A stretch of DNA of 64,000 nucleotides. Origin: Candidatus Poribacteria bacterium. GTDB taxonomy: Bacteria; Poribacteria; WGA-4E; WGA-3G. Where the stretch lies: contig OZ240248.1 in assembly GCA_965198235.1 (NCBI GenBank), forward strand, positions 672,001-736,000, written 5' to 3'. Shown here piece after piece: positions 61,575 through 64,000 of the stretch (within the stretch, counting starts at the first letter, position 1; every line of letters starts with the position of its first letter). Below the pieces are notes generated by a model that saw only the letters and a list, made by a program, of their open reading frames with translations, had not been told where the DNA came from and did not search any database. The position numbers and the translations under genes were made by a program.

Positions 61575-62594
61575 TTAAGATATAGCGATAGGTTTATATC
61601 TAAAATTAAGTCTTCGTAATATCTTACAATCCTTAACTTTAGCATTTCGTGTCAAGCGTTTACCACCTTCTATAGGTTGTAAACACAAATAAGTGTTCAT
61701 ATACCCGCATACAACTGCTAAACCATGTTTGACATGTTTCACCAGTGTACCTTTGCTAAGTCCAAGACACTTCGTGCCGCCATATCTCGGTCTTTTACCA
61801 CCTTTCTGTGGTAGTTGCTTATGTAGACCCCGTCTTTCTATAGGTATAGGCAATATACAAAATACGCTGATGTTGTCTACTATTGCATTGCCGCCGACCA
61901 TATGATACGCTAAGCACCAACTGTCCACACAATGCACATCAAAAGACTCCGCAGTCTTGTTAGAATTCTTTTTTAGTCCGAGTTCATCACGAATCTCTTT
62001 AGTCTCGTGGCCTCTTCGTGTGGAGAGTTGCCATCTTTTTCGGACATTTTTGTAGAACCACTCTTTGCCCACTTCAAGCGGACTGAACGACTGATTTCAT
62101 TTCCGCTGACACTGCTTCGTACGTGCCTTAATATCTTCTACACATACGTATGTGACCGGAAACATCTTACCAAGCCAGTCAAGAATGCGTAGTTTCCAGT
62201 CCCACCTTGCACGTGTACCAGCGGGTAGCCTCTGTTTATTCACAAGTTTGTTCATGCGATTTTTGCGATTAGGACACTTTCTGGAACGCCTCCCTCTACG
62301 CAACTCTCGCCTCTTTGCAACCTTCTTACCAACTTTGTTATGTGCATCAGCCTGCACATTCAAGTATGTATGTGCTTCGGACTTCACCGTAAAGCCTTCC
62401 TTCTTACTACCAGGATCTACACCTACTGCTATTTCCTGGTCACAGCGTTTTGAAGGTTCTACGTTCAGCCTCACACAGAATACCCCATTCTTCCAAAAGG
62501 GGGTTGCCTTCCCTGATTTAATCCACTTCGCTGCCCTGGAAGGCCGGGTTGGCATCAATGGATTTTGATTCTTATCAACAACTGGGACAAACAT
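61575..62594 (-). pseudogene. isrB: IsrB (PLMP + RuvC, no HNH) RNA-guided nickase with an in-frame TGA
   Basis: VVDKNQNPLMP, GVDPG, Arg-rich bridge helix, VEDI and HCVDSW motifs. The two ORF-track fragments are in the same frame, separated by TGA at 62097-62099; about 339 codons in total. Confidence 0.88.
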
Positions 62595-62609
62595 CGTTTG
62601 TAACTTCCT

Positions 62610-62801
62610 TGCGGATATATACTTCCCCATCGAGATCACGAAATCAGAGAGGAATTAGACTTGGGGAGCATCCAAAACATCTGACTGCGTGCCACCACAA
62701 GACTTCGCGATATTTTACTCTATTCAGCATCTTACGTTGCAGGGTCCCGACTTGGCTGTCGATATTCTACAATCTCCACGCTTTAGCGTGGAGTTACTGA
62801 A
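62610..62801 (-). ncRNA. omegaRNA scaffold of the IsrB system
   Basis: Starts TTCAGTAAC plus a hairpin; contains GGATGCTCCCCAAGTCT..CTCT and CGATGGGGAA, motifs typical of IscB/IsrB omegaRNAs; lies directly 5' of isrB. Confidence 0.75.
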
Positions 62802-62871
62802 ATTGTATCCCTGTTAAGACCTATTCCTATAGGCATACAAAGTGTGCCCTAAAAGGACGATTCTTATTTAT

Positions 62872-62900
62872 ATTATACATATCTAACCCCGATTTGTCAA
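62872..62900 (-). promoter_or_regulatory. Perfect-consensus sigma70 promoter reading into guide, omegaRNA, isrB and the pterin operon
   Basis: TTGACA-N17-TATAAT. Confidence 0.85.
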
Positions 62901-63039
62901 ATAGAAATGCGATTTTGCCACCATTTCGTCTATTTTTGCGGAATTTACCAAGTATTCCCGACAAAAATGGTTTATAGTAAAATCCAAAAATATCTCTCAC
63001 TGCAAGGCAACTTTACGAAACAACATCCCCTCCCATCGC

Positions 63040-63143
63040 TGGCGAGGTTTCCTGCAGAAATCCGCAGAAATACCCAAGTAATACGCAGAAACACCCTATC
63101 AAAAACCCCTATCAAAAACACCCCTATCAAAAACCCCTCGCCA
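63040..63143. repeat. REP-like palindrome enclosing short tandem repeats
   Basis: TGGCGAGG...CCTCGCCA encloses GCAGAAA x3 and CCCTATCAAAAAC x3. Confidence 0.65.
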
Positions 63144-63361
63144 CCTATAGTGTATAGGTAATTGCGGGCTTTACTATAAGTCAGGGATACACCCAGTTAC
63201 TGGATCGAGAATCTTCCAACAAAACTCAAGATTGATAAGGTAAAATTAGAAGGCAAAAGAGGAGGATAGAAGCAATGGTTTCAGGAAAAAACAAGCCACG
63301 CCAAAAGATTGACGCGGCTTATTGTTTATAGGTAGTTATGTTCTGTTCTTAATTAGAATTC

Positions 63362-64000
63362 TTACAGCCGACTGGCAGCACTCGGTGCCTTTTTCGGGGC
63401 ACTATCTATCTCTCCATCGGCGAGGGCACTTGCAGGAATATAGTTGCTGTAATCCGAGATATTTCCGTGTGTCACCGCGTAGACGACGATGTTAACGAGT
63501 TGTCGTGCAGCAGCTGGAGCGAATTCATCTAAAATTCTATTCCGATCCTGATAGTGACCGAAGAAAGGTTTCTGAACGGCACCATCCATCACATGTATCA
63601 TTGCTTCTGTATCAACAAGAACAGCCAACCGATCATCAATAAAAACGCCTTGCAACTGACGATAGGGACCGTGATGGAGAATGGTAGACCCAATTTTCCG
63701 GACGGGGAAACGGAGGGGTCCGTTCAGCTCATAGAAAGCGTTGTAAATCTCATGATCTTGAGGGATAGTCGTGAGATGATATTCAGGAAGAATTTGCCGC
63801 AAGACGCGCAGCGCAGGCTGCATTGCCGCTTCCGTGTTTCCGTGTGTCGGCATATAGATAAACCCGCCGCGGTTGATGATATATTCGCGGATTCGCTGCG
63901 CCTCCCGGTCGGTATAACCGAAGGAAGGGCGATCCCCGCTTACATTCCAGATATTGCCACCTAACAGTCCGTTCTGGAGTTGCACTGAGGATTTGGGAAC
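63362..64000 (-). CDS. DUF4159-like protein, C-terminal part (5' end outside the window)
   Basis: REYI..GGF.Y, LP.Y.L..IPQDHEIY..FY, L.G.FIDDRLAV and NIVVYA.TH motifs. Confidence 0.7.
   Translation of the reverse strand, partial: VPKSSVQLQNGLLGGNIWNVSGDRPSFGYTDREAQRIREYIINRGGFIYMPTHGNTEAAMQPALRVLRQILPEYHLTTIPQDHEIYNAFYELNGPLRFPVRKIGSTILHHGPYRQLQGVFIDDRLAVLVDTEAMIHVMDGAVQKPFFGHYQDRNRILDEFAPAAARQLVNIVVYAVTHGNISDYSNYIPASALADGEIDSAPKKAPSAASRL

Larger units (their letters stand above)
61468..62801 (-). mobile_element. Non-autonomous IS200/IS605-family OMEGA element (omegaRNA + isrB, no tnpA)
   Basis: Same-orientation end hairpins CTCCACGC-TAAA-GCGTGGAG (62774-62793) and CTCCATGC-TAAA-GCATGGAG (61488-61507) flank the isrB ORF. 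Confidence 0.85.

Noticed and set aside
62097-62099. TGA recoding (Trp or Sec)
   Set aside because: TGA is a normal stop in many genes here (pduL, exbD, radC) and no SECIS-like context was seen.
61575-62594. IscB, Cas9 or TnpB assignment
   Set aside because: There is no HNH domain or Zn finger between RuvC-II and RuvC-III. The PLMP N-terminus and ~340-aa size fit IsrB.
63094-63134. Possible CRISPR array near the IsrB locus
   Set aside because: The repeats are 13 nt and essentially adjacent, with no unique spacers.

Overview
This is a 64 kb bacterial chromosomal window of moderate GC in the standard genetic code, with many near-consensus sigma70 promoters. The gene repertoire and the REP-like intergenic repeats resemble Candidatus Poribacteria, a sponge symbiont; this is an inference, not a database result. 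In order, the window holds: (1) a Cu/Ag RND efflux operon (cusA start, multi-HMBD cusB, two TolC genes, a YHS protein) headed by a Cys-rich ORF ending in an RGPP arrest-like motif; (2) an msrP-serpin-peptidase-phosphoesterase-TPR operon; (3) a small BMC locus (BMC-H, PduL, flavoprotein-like); (4) envelope genes, a candidate ~270-nt structured RNA, and a 1106-aa Asp-rich outer-membrane protein followed by ExbB/ExbD/ExbD; (5) gltB, an internally deleted ggt and lpdA; (6) rpsA-metK-ahcY-pfkB; (7) a partner-switching cluster; (8) radC, rlmB and an eda-Ser/Thr kinase-aldolase-iolC-iolD run; (9) two CNNM/CorC genes; (10) a putative tetrahydrobiopterin operon (rhodanese, DUF4242-like, tandem PTPS-II, folE, sepiapterin reductase-like SDR). 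The most striking observation is a non-autonomous IS200/IS605 OMEGA element (omegaRNA plus isrB carrying one TGA nonsense codon). It appears inserted exactly between the Shine-Dalgarno and the ATG of that operon's first gene, so the predicted guide is the host 5' UTR and the predicted TAM is the start codon. All calls come from reading motifs by eye; no searches were run.
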